Of a DNA stretch of 64,000 bases, positions 50,601 to 59,924 are shown piece after piece. Location of the stretch: IMG/VR virus record IMGVR_UViG_3300029984_000001, positions 186,001-250,000 of that record, one strand, 5' to 3'. A model generated the notes under the pieces. That model had not been told where the DNA came from. It worked only from the letters and a program-made list of their open reading frames with translations, and did not search any database. Each line of letters opens with the position of its first letter. The first letter of the stretch is position 1. Position numbers and translations under genes: made by a program.

Positions 50601-50756
50601 ATGGATAATAAAATTGAACAAGAGGTAATTTTAATGGAAAATGAAATGGAAAACAATAGAGTCTTAAATGAAAACCTAATAGAAATAGACAGAGCATTTC
50701 AACAACAACAAATAATGGATATGCAAATTAATTTAGGATTTGGAATGGTATTTTAA
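50601..50756 (+). CDS. Small hypothetical protein (51 aa, not in ORF track)
   Basis: Early motif at 50513-50525; RBS GAGGAG. Confidence 0.55.
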   Translation: MDNKIEQEVILMENEMENNRVLNENLIEIDRAFQQQQIMDMQINLGFGMVF

Positions 50757-50781
50757 TAATAATAAAGAGGAGCGAAATAAT

Positions 50782-51261
50782 ATGAAATTAAGTATAGAAG
50801 CACAACAAAAAATAATGAATATCATGAGTATAAAATATAGTATATGTAGTTTAGAAGACTATAGAATCGTTAATATAGAAATATTTACAGAAGATGATAA
50901 ATCTATGGTAGACTTAAATTTTGATACTTCTTTGATTACAAAAGATAATATTGAATTTATTAAACTTATATTAAATAATATAGAAAATAATATGGATACT
51001 TGGGAAAAATTATATGATACTAAGAAAATTAAAAACTATTCTATAAATTTTGAAAAAAGATGTTTCGGAGTTGTATCTAATAATGAAGAAAATTTATCCA
51101 TCAATGATAATGATAAAATTTTAGAAAGATACATAACTGATAATGAAAATGAAATTATATTAGAAGAGACTTTATCGTTAAATTATCTTAGAGAAGGTAT
51201 GAAAGAATATATCAATGGAATACTATTAGAAATAGTTGCGGTTGTAGAATCAGAATTATAA
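50782..51261 (+). CDS. Hypothetical protein
   Basis: ATG 50782 after GAGGAG. Confidence 0.65.
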   Translation: MKLSIEAQQKIMNIMSIKYSICSLEDYRIVNIEIFTEDDKSMVDLNFDTSLITKDNIEFIKLILNNIENNMDTWEKLYDTKKIKNYSINFEKRCFGVVSNNEENLSINDNDKILERYITDNENEIILEETLSLNYLREGMKEYINGILLEIVAVVESEL

Positions 51262-51327
51262 AATGAGTAGAACTGGATTTTTCCAGTTCTATATTTTACG
51301 ATAAATAATATAAAGGTGGTAATACTA

Positions 51328-51792
51328 ATGAATACAAATATTGTAAAAGTAACAAATAATATATTAACAACAATGGGGTTAATGAATAAGAGTAAATACT
51401 CTTTATTTAAAGAAGAAAATGACATGGTATTAGAATTAGAACCAATTATAGATTGTCATATAGGAATTAACTTAGAAAGTATTAATAATGAAGCTAAAGC
51501 TTTTATTAAACTTCTTACAGATTCTATATCATTTGATGATGATAATTCATTATTTGAATTATATATAGATAATAAAATTAAGAATTTCTTCGTTGATTAT
51601 AATATAGGATTAATATATATAATTAATAAAGAGAACACAATTCATTGTGCATATGAATACGGTATTGAAGGTAAAGATTATATTACATTTGTAGATGAAT
51701 CAAATGATTCAATATTATATTTTGAAATAGCTAGTCATTTAAGTAAAGATATAATAATACAATCAGCAAGACAAATAATAAATTTAATTTAA
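51328..51792 (+). CDS. Hypothetical protein
   Basis: ATG 51328 after AAGGTGG. Confidence 0.65.
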   Translation: MNTNIVKVTNNILTTMGLMNKSKYSLFKEENDMVLELEPIIDCHIGINLESINNEAKAFIKLLTDSISFDDDNSLFELYIDNKIKNFFVDYNIGLIYIINKENTIHCAYEYGIEGKDYITFVDESNDSILYFEIASHLSKDIIIQSARQIINLI

Positions 51793-51806
51793 AGGAGAGA
51801 ATAATA

Positions 51807-52241
51807 ATGGTAAATATATTTACACTAAACTATGCTAATGATTGGATAATTGAAGAGGAACATGATATGATTAAAATTAAACCTAAGGATTTTAATCCTA
51901 TAAAAGCTGACTTTATAATTTCTAAAGAATATAAATTAATACCAATTCATATGAGAGAGATTGTAGAGATTCTGTATAATTTTTGTAATATACAAAGATT
52001 AAATAAAATGATGACTAAGGATTATCTTAAAAATATAAAATTAGTATCAGACACATTAATATTCTCATCAGAAAATATTATATTTACAATTATAAATAAA
52101 GAAAAAGGAGTTGAGATTCTTGTATTAGATAAAGATGAAAATTTGATACTAAATATATTATGTCATGAGTCTTATATAACGGAAGAAGATTATGATGTTA
52201 TATATGAAACTTGTAAAGAGATATTAAAGAAATTATTATAG
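51807..52241 (+). CDS. Hypothetical protein
   Basis: 144 aa; RBS AAGGAG. Confidence 0.65.
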   Translation: MVNIFTLNYANDWIIEEEHDMIKIKPKDFNPIKADFIISKEYKLIPIHMREIVEILYNFCNIQRLNKMMTKDYLKNIKLVSDTLIFSSENIIFTIINKEKGVEILVLDKDENLILNILCHESYITEEDYDVIYETCKEILKKLL

Positions 52242-52343
52242 ATGGGTTGTATAAAACAACCTTTTCTTTTTTATATAAAAAATATTATAATTATATATTA
52301 TAGTATTGGTAAACAGAATAAATATATTAAGGAGATTGATAAA

Positions 52344-53146
52344 ATGAAACAATTTATGAAAAGAGATAAAGAATTAAATAATGAAGTAATGGATGAAATA
52401 CATAATAATTTTATAGCATATGATTTTACAAGACCACAAATAATTCAACCACAAAATATTAGTAATGGATATGAAATGTGTCTGAATAATAGTTTCATTA
52501 ATCTAGAAGTTACAGAAGAAGATATATTAGACAATAAAGAGATAAGAAAGAATATGTTAGATAGAACTTCTGTTCTCGATAAAATTAAAGGTTTAGTTTT
52601 AATATCTAAATTAAATTATTGTACACTAAGAATGGTGTCAGAGTATTTTGAGATAGACTATCACACATTAGATAAATGTATTCAAAGAAATGAGGATGAA
52701 TTTGATAATGGTTTGATTAAAAAGACTGGTAGAGAGATTATAGAATTGATAAATAATTCTGTTTCATCGGACATTAAGTCCGTTCAAAAATCTAATAATG
52801 ATATAAATACACATAGAGGTGTTTTACTTACGATAATGAAAATTTTAATAACAAATCCAACACCTTATTAAATAAAAGAGTTATATTAAATATTGCTATG
52901 TTATTAAGAGATTCTGGAGTAGCTAAATATATAAGAAAAATGTTATTAGATAATACAGAAAATTGTCAATATAATAATTTATTACCTCAGGAATATTCTA
53001 ATGAATTGATAGAAAGTATACAAATAATTAAAGCTGGATTAAGAATGAATAGAACTTTATCTGATATTGAAATTGCTTATAAAAATGGTATAATAGATCA
53101 AAAAGAATATGTTTTATTAAAACAAGATCAAAATACTATTATTTAA
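52344..53146 (+). pseudogene. Phage DNA-binding (antirepressor-like) protein split by a one-base frameshift
   Basis: RTSVLDKIKGL...TLRMVSEYFEI...IQRNEDE and KRVILNIAMLLRDSGVAKYIR are two halves of one family. One extra T in 52822-52825 joins them; ATG 52344 follows AAGGAG. Confidence 0.65.
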
Positions 53147-53247
53147 ATAAAAATAATAAGAGAGATTAATTTATCTTTCTTTTAATATATTACTTTTAAA
53201 TTAACTTAAATATTGTATATAAAATAAAAGAACGGGGGATATTAAAA

Positions 53248-54639
53248 ATGGGAATTTTATGTGATCAAGAAATAATAAAAGCTGTGGAAAAAGGATATAT
53301 ATATATTGAAGGGTTCAATCCAAACAGAGAATATGATGGTAAAGGAGGATATAACGGTAGACTTGGACCTAATAGCTATGATTTAAGTTTAAATGAAAAA
53401 ATATTAATATATACAGATATTCCATTAGATATGAAAAAGAAAAATGAAACTAAAGAATTATTTATTCCAAAGGAAGGTCTAATATTATATCCAGGTAAAT
53501 TATATTTAGCTATGACAAATGAATATACAAAGACTGATAATTATGTACCTATAATAGAGGGTAGGTCATCTGGTGCAAGACTAGGTATTCAAGTACATTC
53601 AGCTGGATTTGGAGATAATGGCTTCAGTGGCAGATGGACATTAGAGATAACTGTGGCTCACCCAGTAAGAATATATGCAGGTGTCAATATATGTCAAATA
53701 TATTTTCAAACACTTAAAGGAAAATCTAACAATAAGTATAATGGAAAGTATAATGACTCTAAAGATGTATTGGCTACTAAAATGTATGATGATGAGATAT
53801 TTCAAACTGTTAAAGATCTAAATAGAGTATCAGTATCAGATAAAAGCATTTCATCTATGTTACGAAAAGATGATTGTCCTAAAAAATTTGATACAACAGA
53901 TAATGATAATTTTTCTATAGACTTTAGTATAAAAGGTGAGGGTGCAATATCCAAATTCATGGAACAATATAAATCCGAAATGATACAAGGATTTATAGAT
54001 AATGAAAAACATAATAAATTATTAAAAGACCAAAAGAAAAAAGAACCTATTAAGTCAAATCCTTTAGGTTTCGAAACATTCTTTTATGGTGTAACACAAA
54101 AACCTAAATGGTTTAAAGCTGTTACAAATGTTAAAACTACAAAAGAAATAGAAGATGAATGGGTTGATAAAAGTGATAAACCTTTTGCAAATATTAGTAA
54201 AAGACTTAGTGATATAATTTCAAATCTAGAGACATCGATTAATGAATCTAATGCTCCTGTATCTTATAGATTACAAGATCATGATACATCTATAATGGAA
54301 TTTGTAGAACCAACAGGTGATATATTACCATTCATACTTGAAGCTGCTGGAGTGAATCGATTATTTATACAAGAGTTAGCCCAACAAGATGATAAAAAAC
54401 AAATAAAAGAAATCAAAGATATGATACATGAAAATATAGAAAGATATAAAGCTTATGGTACAACTAAATTTGATGTAAAAGATTTGTTAACAGGGAAAGA
54501 CATAGTTCTTGATATTTCCAATATTACATATAAAGATATAACTATATTATTGACAAACAATCAAACATTTGTAATTCAATTTACTGATGATAATATAACT
54601 GTAAGTCTAAAAGATTTTCTATTATCAATAGTTGGTTGA
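53248..54639 (+). CDS. dcd: dCTP deaminase with long C-terminal extension
   Basis: LGPNSYDLSL, EGRSSGARLG, SAGFGDNGFSGRWTLEI and NICQIYF motifs in the first ~185 aa. Confidence 0.9.
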   Translation: MGILCDQEIIKAVEKGYIYIEGFNPNREYDGKGGYNGRLGPNSYDLSLNEKILIYTDIPLDMKKKNETKELFIPKEGLILYPGKLYLAMTNEYTKTDNYVPIIEGRSSGARLGIQVHSAGFGDNGFSGRWTLEITVAHPVRIYAGVNICQIYFQTLKGKSNNKYNGKYNDSKDVLATKMYDDEIFQTVKDLNRVSVSDKSISSMLRKDDCPKKFDTTDNDNFSIDFSIKGEGAISKFMEQYKSEMIQGFIDNEKHNKLLKDQKKKEPIKSNPLGFETFFYGVTQKPKWFKAVTNVKTTKEIEDEWVDKSDKPFANISKRLSDIISNLETSINESNAPVSYRLQDHDTSIMEFVEPTGDILPFILEAAGVNRLFIQELAQQDDKKQIKEIKDMIHENIERYKAYGTTKFDVKDLLTGKDIVLDISNITYKDITILLTNNQTFVIQFTDDNITVSLKDFLLSIVG

Positions 54640-54661
54640 ATTAAAAGGGGGATAAACATAA

Positions 54662-55609
54662 ATGCAAATTTATAATGGAGATAAATTCTATTACAAGCAT
54701 TCTAATAAAGATGAATTAAATTTTAGAGTAGTTAGAATTAAAAATGAAAATACTTTTAATTGTCTAAGAAATGATGGTAATTTAATAAAGATAAGTAGAC
54801 AAGATTTAGAAGATAATTATATCAGAATAACACCACATGGTACTTTATTTATATCTATTGTAGATATGGGAGATAGACTACAAGATGTTATTCTATCTTT
54901 ATTTAGAATGCAAGACTTTAAAGAAAAAGCAAATACAGAACCTTGGTGTGTGTGTAGACAACATATATCTGACATATTCTCTGAGACTATGAATAACAAT
55001 CCTTATCTTAAATATTCAGGAGTTTCTTTATCTCATAATACAATACCAGAAGGTCAAGAATTTCAAGAAGTATTAGCATGTAATGGTATTTTGGATACTA
55101 AAAAATATAGTGTATACTTAGATGATACTATGGAAGATATCTTATATCTAGTGGATAAAAAATATAGAGTAAGATTAGATGATGTATTAGGAAATCTATA
55201 TTCTAAAATGAATGATGATTTTCATACTGGGTATAATGAAACTTTAGTAGACTTGATTGATAATAATGATTTTGTGTTTGATTATCTAGAAGCATGGGGA
55301 ATTCAAAGAGTTTCATTTAAGGTTACTGAATTTCCAACTGAAGAATTATTACCTAATCATAGATTTGAGGTTGAAGGTATTACTTCTTGTGAAATGTTAA
55401 AAACATATGTAGTACCTTTTGATTATAAAATAAATATAAGTCAAATAAAAAGAAGTCACCAATTTATATGTGATGTAGAAAATAAGATATATATAATTGC
55501 ATATGATAAAGGAGAACATCTAACAGAGTCCTTTAAATCTGCTATAAAAAGAAACAATGATATTTATAGTGTATTAAAGAAGGTTAAAGAAAATAATAAA
55601 AAACAATAG
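54662..55609 (+). CDS. Hypothetical protein
   Basis: 315 aa ORF with RBS. Confidence 0.75.
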   Translation: MQIYNGDKFYYKHSNKDELNFRVVRIKNENTFNCLRNDGNLIKISRQDLEDNYIRITPHGTLFISIVDMGDRLQDVILSLFRMQDFKEKANTEPWCVCRQHISDIFSETMNNNPYLKYSGVSLSHNTIPEGQEFQEVLACNGILDTKKYSVYLDDTMEDILYLVDKKYRVRLDDVLGNLYSKMNDDFHTGYNETLVDLIDNNDFVFDYLEAWGIQRVSFKVTEFPTEELLPNHRFEVEGITSCEMLKTYVVPFDYKINISQIKRSHQFICDVENKIYIIAYDKGEHLTESFKSAIKRNNDIYSVLKKVKENNKKQ

Positions 55610-55714
55610 ACCAAACTATAATATAATTGTATATTATATACATGAAACAAAATAAAAATATATGTGATTATTTTATATTAGTTGATAATATAAAATAAGG
55701 AAGGAGTTATTAAA

Positions 55715-56581
55715 ATGGATGGATTTACAGGTGTACAAGGAATGCAATCAGCAAAGTCAATGATCGAAAATTATGAAAACACAAAGTTGGGGTTTGCTCC
55801 TAAAGGTGGAACTCAAGCAGGTCAAGGACAACAATCAAGTAGAGATAAATTTAGCTTTACTTTTGAAAAGGAAGAATTTATCGGTACTCAAGAAACTTCT
55901 ATTACAACTACAATTGCTTTAGGTCAAAAGATTAGTAACTATTTAGGAAAAGTATTTTCAGATTTAGCAGGTGCTATAATTGTTCCAGATCAACATGGTT
56001 TACCAGAATTAGTATTATACTTTAGAGATGTTCCTGCAAGAGAAGGTAGAAAGAAAGGTATTATACTATTAAAAGATAAATTAAATGAAGGAGCTAATAA
56101 CAATTATTCAGCAGGTGCTCAACAATTAATGACAATGAGTACACTTTATAAAACTAATAGAGTTTACGATCTAACAGAAGATGCTAGAGATGGATTAACT
56201 AGATTCATGTTTAAAGATGGAAATAACAACATCAACTGGAATCAAAGAATCACTGAACAATATGCAAATGGTGTTAATGGTGAAATATTAGTTAAACTAA
56301 GAGGTTTAAACTTGGTAGAGTTTGCTAAAGCGATATTCGGATATAAATACCAAACAGAACTTAATGGTGAAAAAATTATGAATTACTATGATTATGCAAT
56401 CAATCTTATTTCACCAATATCAACACCTTATACAATGAATGTCTATAATAATGGAAGTAGCTTAACTGATTATGCTATATCTATTGCAAGGATAGATAAA
56501 ACTGAATTAGATAAGGTAGCTAAGATATTTGGACAACCAACAACATATGGTACTACACCAATGTGTGCACCACAAGACTAA
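55715..56581 (+). CDS. Hypothetical early protein
   Basis: Early motif at 55627-55639; RBS AAGGAG; own terminator at ~56613-56642. Confidence 0.75.
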   Translation: MDGFTGVQGMQSAKSMIENYENTKLGFAPKGGTQAGQGQQSSRDKFSFTFEKEEFIGTQETSITTTIALGQKISNYLGKVFSDLAGAIIVPDQHGLPELVLYFRDVPAREGRKKGIILLKDKLNEGANNNYSAGAQQLMTMSTLYKTNRVYDLTEDARDGLTRFMFKDGNNNINWNQRITEQYANGVNGEILVKLRGLNLVEFAKAIFGYKYQTELNGEKIMNYYDYAINLISPISTPYTMNVYNNGSSLTDYAISIARIDKTELDKVAKIFGQPTTYGTTPMCAPQD

Positions 56582-56667
56582 ATATAATAATTTAAAATAA
56601 TATATAACTACATAAGGGGGATTAGGTTCTCCCTTATTTTTTATATTAAAATTAGGAGGAAATTAAT

Positions 56668-57075
56668 ATGGCTTTTAAAGGTGATTATAGTTTTAAACTA
56701 GGACAATTAAACGAGGTATTGGAAGAAAAGAATAATACATTCAAAGCATTAAGAACAATATCACATAATGGGAAAGCAGAGGTTCTTGATATTAGAACAT
56801 GGTATATAAATGGAGAGGGACAAGAAATAATGGGTAAAGGTATTTCATTATCAGATGAAGGTGCTGATAATCTTGCAGTATTCATGGTAAGAGAAAAATA
56901 TGGTGATACTAAAGAAATAATAGAAGGATTAAAAACTAGAGAAGATTTTATTCCATCATTAACTGCTGTACTTACTCATCAAGAATTAGAATCAGTAGGA
57001 GTAGATATATCTAAAGTAGATCCATCAGAGTTCTATGATCCTATAACTGATTTCGATTTAGAGGAGGCTGTATAA
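56668..57075 (+). CDS. PC4/YdbC-family ssDNA-binding protein
   Basis: KALRTISHNGKAEVLDIRTW...MGKGISLS matches the YdbC/PC4 pattern; acidic tail. Confidence 0.7.
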   Translation: MAFKGDYSFKLGQLNEVLEEKNNTFKALRTISHNGKAEVLDIRTWYINGEGQEIMGKGISLSDEGADNLAVFMVREKYGDTKEIIEGLKTREDFIPSLTAVLTHQELESVGVDISKVDPSEFYDPITDFDLEEAV

Positions 57076-57077
57076 TA

Positions 57078-57446
57078 TTGATAAAATTTGAATATAATGG
57101 ATCGTTCGAAGAAGATTCAATAATTGTTAGAGATATAGAATATGATGAAAATAATAATGAAATAAAAAGAAAAAAACTATATGAGATTAAAGTGGGTAGA
57201 TTAGATATATATGGAATCTCAGTAACATGGATTCATCCAACTAGAGATAATACTTCTAGTGGATGTAATATAAACTCATATAAAGGTTATATAGATTTTG
57301 TTAGAGATATAATTATGTCTAAGGGAAATGGTATGGTAAAATTTTTATCTCACGATATTCATATGGAAATTGTGCCCGATTTATTTAAATATATCCTACA
57401 AAACTTAAATATTACAAGTTCTAATATAATAAAAGGGGATTATTAA
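57078..57446 (+). CDS. Hypothetical protein, paralog family B
   Basis: YIDFVRDII...IHMEIVPDLFKYILQNL. Confidence 0.6.
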   Translation: MIKFEYNGSFEEDSIIVRDIEYDENNNEIKRKKLYEIKVGRLDIYGISVTWIHPTRDNTSSGCNINSYKGYIDFVRDIIMSKGNGMVKFLSHDIHMEIVPDLFKYILQNLNITSSNIIKGDY

Positions 57447-57447
57447 T

Positions 57448-57906
57448 ATGGAAGAATTAGAATTGGATTTCGAATTTAAAGGAATAAATATGACACAATT
57501 TGAATATGACCTTAACAGAAAAAAGGATATTATAATTGCTAATTATATAGAATATAATAATGGATTATGTATAAAATACTATCAGTTATATAAAATTGTT
57601 ATTGAAAAAATAGATAAACGTATAGATATATCATACTATCATAAAGATAATAAAAAATGGAATATAAGTACAGGTGTAGGATGTATGCAAAATTATATTG
57701 ATTTTTCTAATAATATTTTAAATAATATAAATAAAGATAATAAAACTAAATTCTGTAATAGTTATGATACACTTATACATATAGAACTATTACCAGAATT
57801 ATTGAAATCTATCTTAGGAAAATTAAATGACTTATTATATTTTGATAAGGGTGATAAAAATGAGCAAAGTGTTAATGAACCAATTGATCAACTCGTATCT
57901 AATTAG
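57448..57906 (+). CDS. Hypothetical protein, paralog family B
   Basis: YIDFSNNIL...IHIELLPELLKSILGKL. Confidence 0.6.
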   Translation: MEELELDFEFKGINMTQFEYDLNRKKDIIIANYIEYNNGLCIKYYQLYKIVIEKIDKRIDISYYHKDNKKWNISTGVGCMQNYIDFSNNILNNINKDNKTKFCNSYDTLIHIELLPELLKSILGKLNDLLYFDKGDKNEQSVNEPIDQLVSN

Positions 57907-58921
57907 ATATGATAAATTAGTTCCGTTAGTAAGAGAAGCATTTAAATTTTGTAATAATGCAACAGAACTAAATATATACATAGACATATATTCTATAGTA
58001 AAGTCTTTATATAAAATTGATTATGAAATGAAAGAGTACTCAACTTTGTCTTCATGTGTAATAAACATGTGTGCACATTATAGAGATTTCTTTAGAAATG
58101 CTAAAATAAAAACTAATTTCTATCTCGTATACTCTAAGAATTGTCCATACATAAATAATCAGTTCTATAAAAACTATAACTTTACTTCACAAGCAAATTT
58201 TAACGCAGATAAATCTATTGATGATATGATTCAATTCAATATAGATTTAATGGAATTATTCTGCAAATACTTAGATGATATTTATTTCATCAAAGGTACA
58301 TTCGAAACAGGTGTTATAATACACGATTTAATATTAAGGAATCAAAAAGATAAAAAGAGAATTCCAAATTTAATATTAACAAAAGATATTTACAATTATC
58401 AACTAGTAACAAATAATGATACAGTAATATTCAGACCCAAGAAAACAAGTAATGGGGATGAATCATATTACGTAGATCATTATAATCTTATGAATAGATA
58501 CTTAGCAGATAGGAATACAAAGCAACAAACATTAACTCTTCTACCAGAGACATTGTCATTATTAATGACTTTATCATCTGTAAAAGAAAGAGGAATAAAA
58601 ATGTTATGCAATGTAACTACTGCTATGTCTACCATACAGAGAGCTATTGATAATTATAAAATCCTGAATGGATATAATAGTGATACAACAATCATTTGGA
58701 ATGGAATTGATAATGATAAATTAAAAATATCAGAAATTGAATTCTCCAATAGATTTAAAGCTATAGATATACCATATCAGCATCAAATATATTATAATAC
58801 ACCTGAATGTAAAAATATAGAACAATTCTTAGTAAATCTATCAGATCCTAAAACTATGAAAGCTATTAATGCAGAATACTTTATACATAATCAATTAGAC
58901 TTTGATAGACTGTCTAATTAA
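57860..58921 (+). CDS. Putative 5'-3' exonuclease/RNase H (PIN/FEN-like)
   Basis: LNIYID, FET and ILTKD acidic motifs. Confidence 0.4.
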   Translation: MSKVLMNQLINSYLIRYDKLVPLVREAFKFCNNATELNIYIDIYSIVKSLYKIDYEMKEYSTLSSCVINMCAHYRDFFRNAKIKTNFYLVYSKNCPYINNQFYKNYNFTSQANFNADKSIDDMIQFNIDLMELFCKYLDDIYFIKGTFETGVIIHDLILRNQKDKKRIPNLILTKDIYNYQLVTNNDTVIFRPKKTSNGDESYYVDHYNLMNRYLADRNTKQQTLTLLPETLSLLMTLSSVKERGIKMLCNVTTAMSTIQRAIDNYKILNGYNSDTTIIWNGIDNDKLKISEIEFSNRFKAIDIPYQHQIYYNTPECKNIEQFLVNLSDPKTMKAINAEYFIHNQLDFDRLSN

Positions 58922-58928
58922 AAATTAT

Positions 58929-58959
58929 AGGTAAGGAGAAATCCTTACCTATTTTATTT
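58929..58959 (+). repeat. 31-bp direct repeat copy 1 (terminator hairpin)
   Basis: AGGTAAGGAGAAATCCTTACCTATTTTATTT, identical at 59874-59904. Confidence 0.9.
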
Positions 58960-58978
58960 ACAAATTTAAGGAGGGAAT

Positions 58979-59625
58979 ATGTCATTATTAGAATTATTAA
59001 AAGATAGAGATAAATTCCTAAAGAAAAATATAGTAATATTATGGCAAATTTAATTGATTATACGTTATATGATATAATGGAATCTATAGAATATATATTT
59101 AGAATTCCTAATAATGAAGACGAATATTTATTATTTATATTTGGAAAATCTATAAATATTCATTGGAAGGTGAATAAAGAATATATTGAACCTTATGATA
59201 AAAATAGTAAGGTGTTTCAATATATAATTTCAGATTTACAAGGGTACACCCTTTTCTATATAACTTTTTACGATAAAGCATCTATTAAATATCTTGAAGA
59301 ATCTGATATAAGATTTGGATTTGATGATATAAGAATACGTAGAGGATTTCTTTTCCATAAAGTTATTCAAGATGTGTTATTGTTATATCATGAAAATATA
59401 ATGTCTACTGGAAGATTAAGTATTAAACCTTTTAATTTCGTTTTCTATTATCCAAGATTTATGATAGACAAGTTTAATTCTCTAAATCATCGTTTTGATA
59501 AAATTTTACCTAGATATGGATTTAAAAAGAAATTCTTAATAAAAGATTTACCTAATAAAAAGATGAAAGTGAGAAAATTGTCAGACAAACAACATAGAAA
59601 TTTAATAAGTATATTATTAAGATAA
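58979..59625 (+). CDS. Hypothetical protein (possible degenerate GNAT fold), apparent frameshift near the 5' end
   Basis: RBS AAGGAGGG precedes ATG 58979; one extra C at 59017-59018 puts it in frame with the 59041 ORF. Confidence 0.55.
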
Positions 59626-59639
59626 AGGGGGTTTTTATA

Positions 59640-59866
59640 ATGGCTGTTGGAAAGATAAAGAAAGAGTTATAATAACTTTTGAAAAAGTTATAAATGAAAT
59701 AATCACATTATTTGGAGAACAAGATAATAGAGGTCGTTCTAATTATGTAAACAATCTTGTTAAAAAAGATTTAAAAAATAAAGGAATTAATTTACATAAA
59801 TTAAAAACAGATGAAAATTATAAAAATGAAATTATAGAGAAAATTTTAAATTGTGAGATAGAATAA
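59640..59866 (+). pseudogene. Ribbon-helix-helix (CopG/Arc-like) protein with one-base frameshift
   Basis: Adding one A at ~59651 gives MAVGKDKERVIITFEKVINEIITLFGEQDNRGRSNYVNNLVKKDL...EIE*. Confidence 0.6.
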
Positions 59867-59873
59867 AACATTA

Positions 59874-59904
59874 AGGTAAGGAGAAATCCTTACCTATTTT
59901 ATTT
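59874..59904 (+). repeat. 31-bp direct repeat copy 2, overlapping a late promoter (AACA-N6-TA, 59867-59878)
   Basis: Identical to 58929-58959. Confidence 0.9.
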
Positions 59905-59924
59905 TTTATAAAGGAGGATTTATA

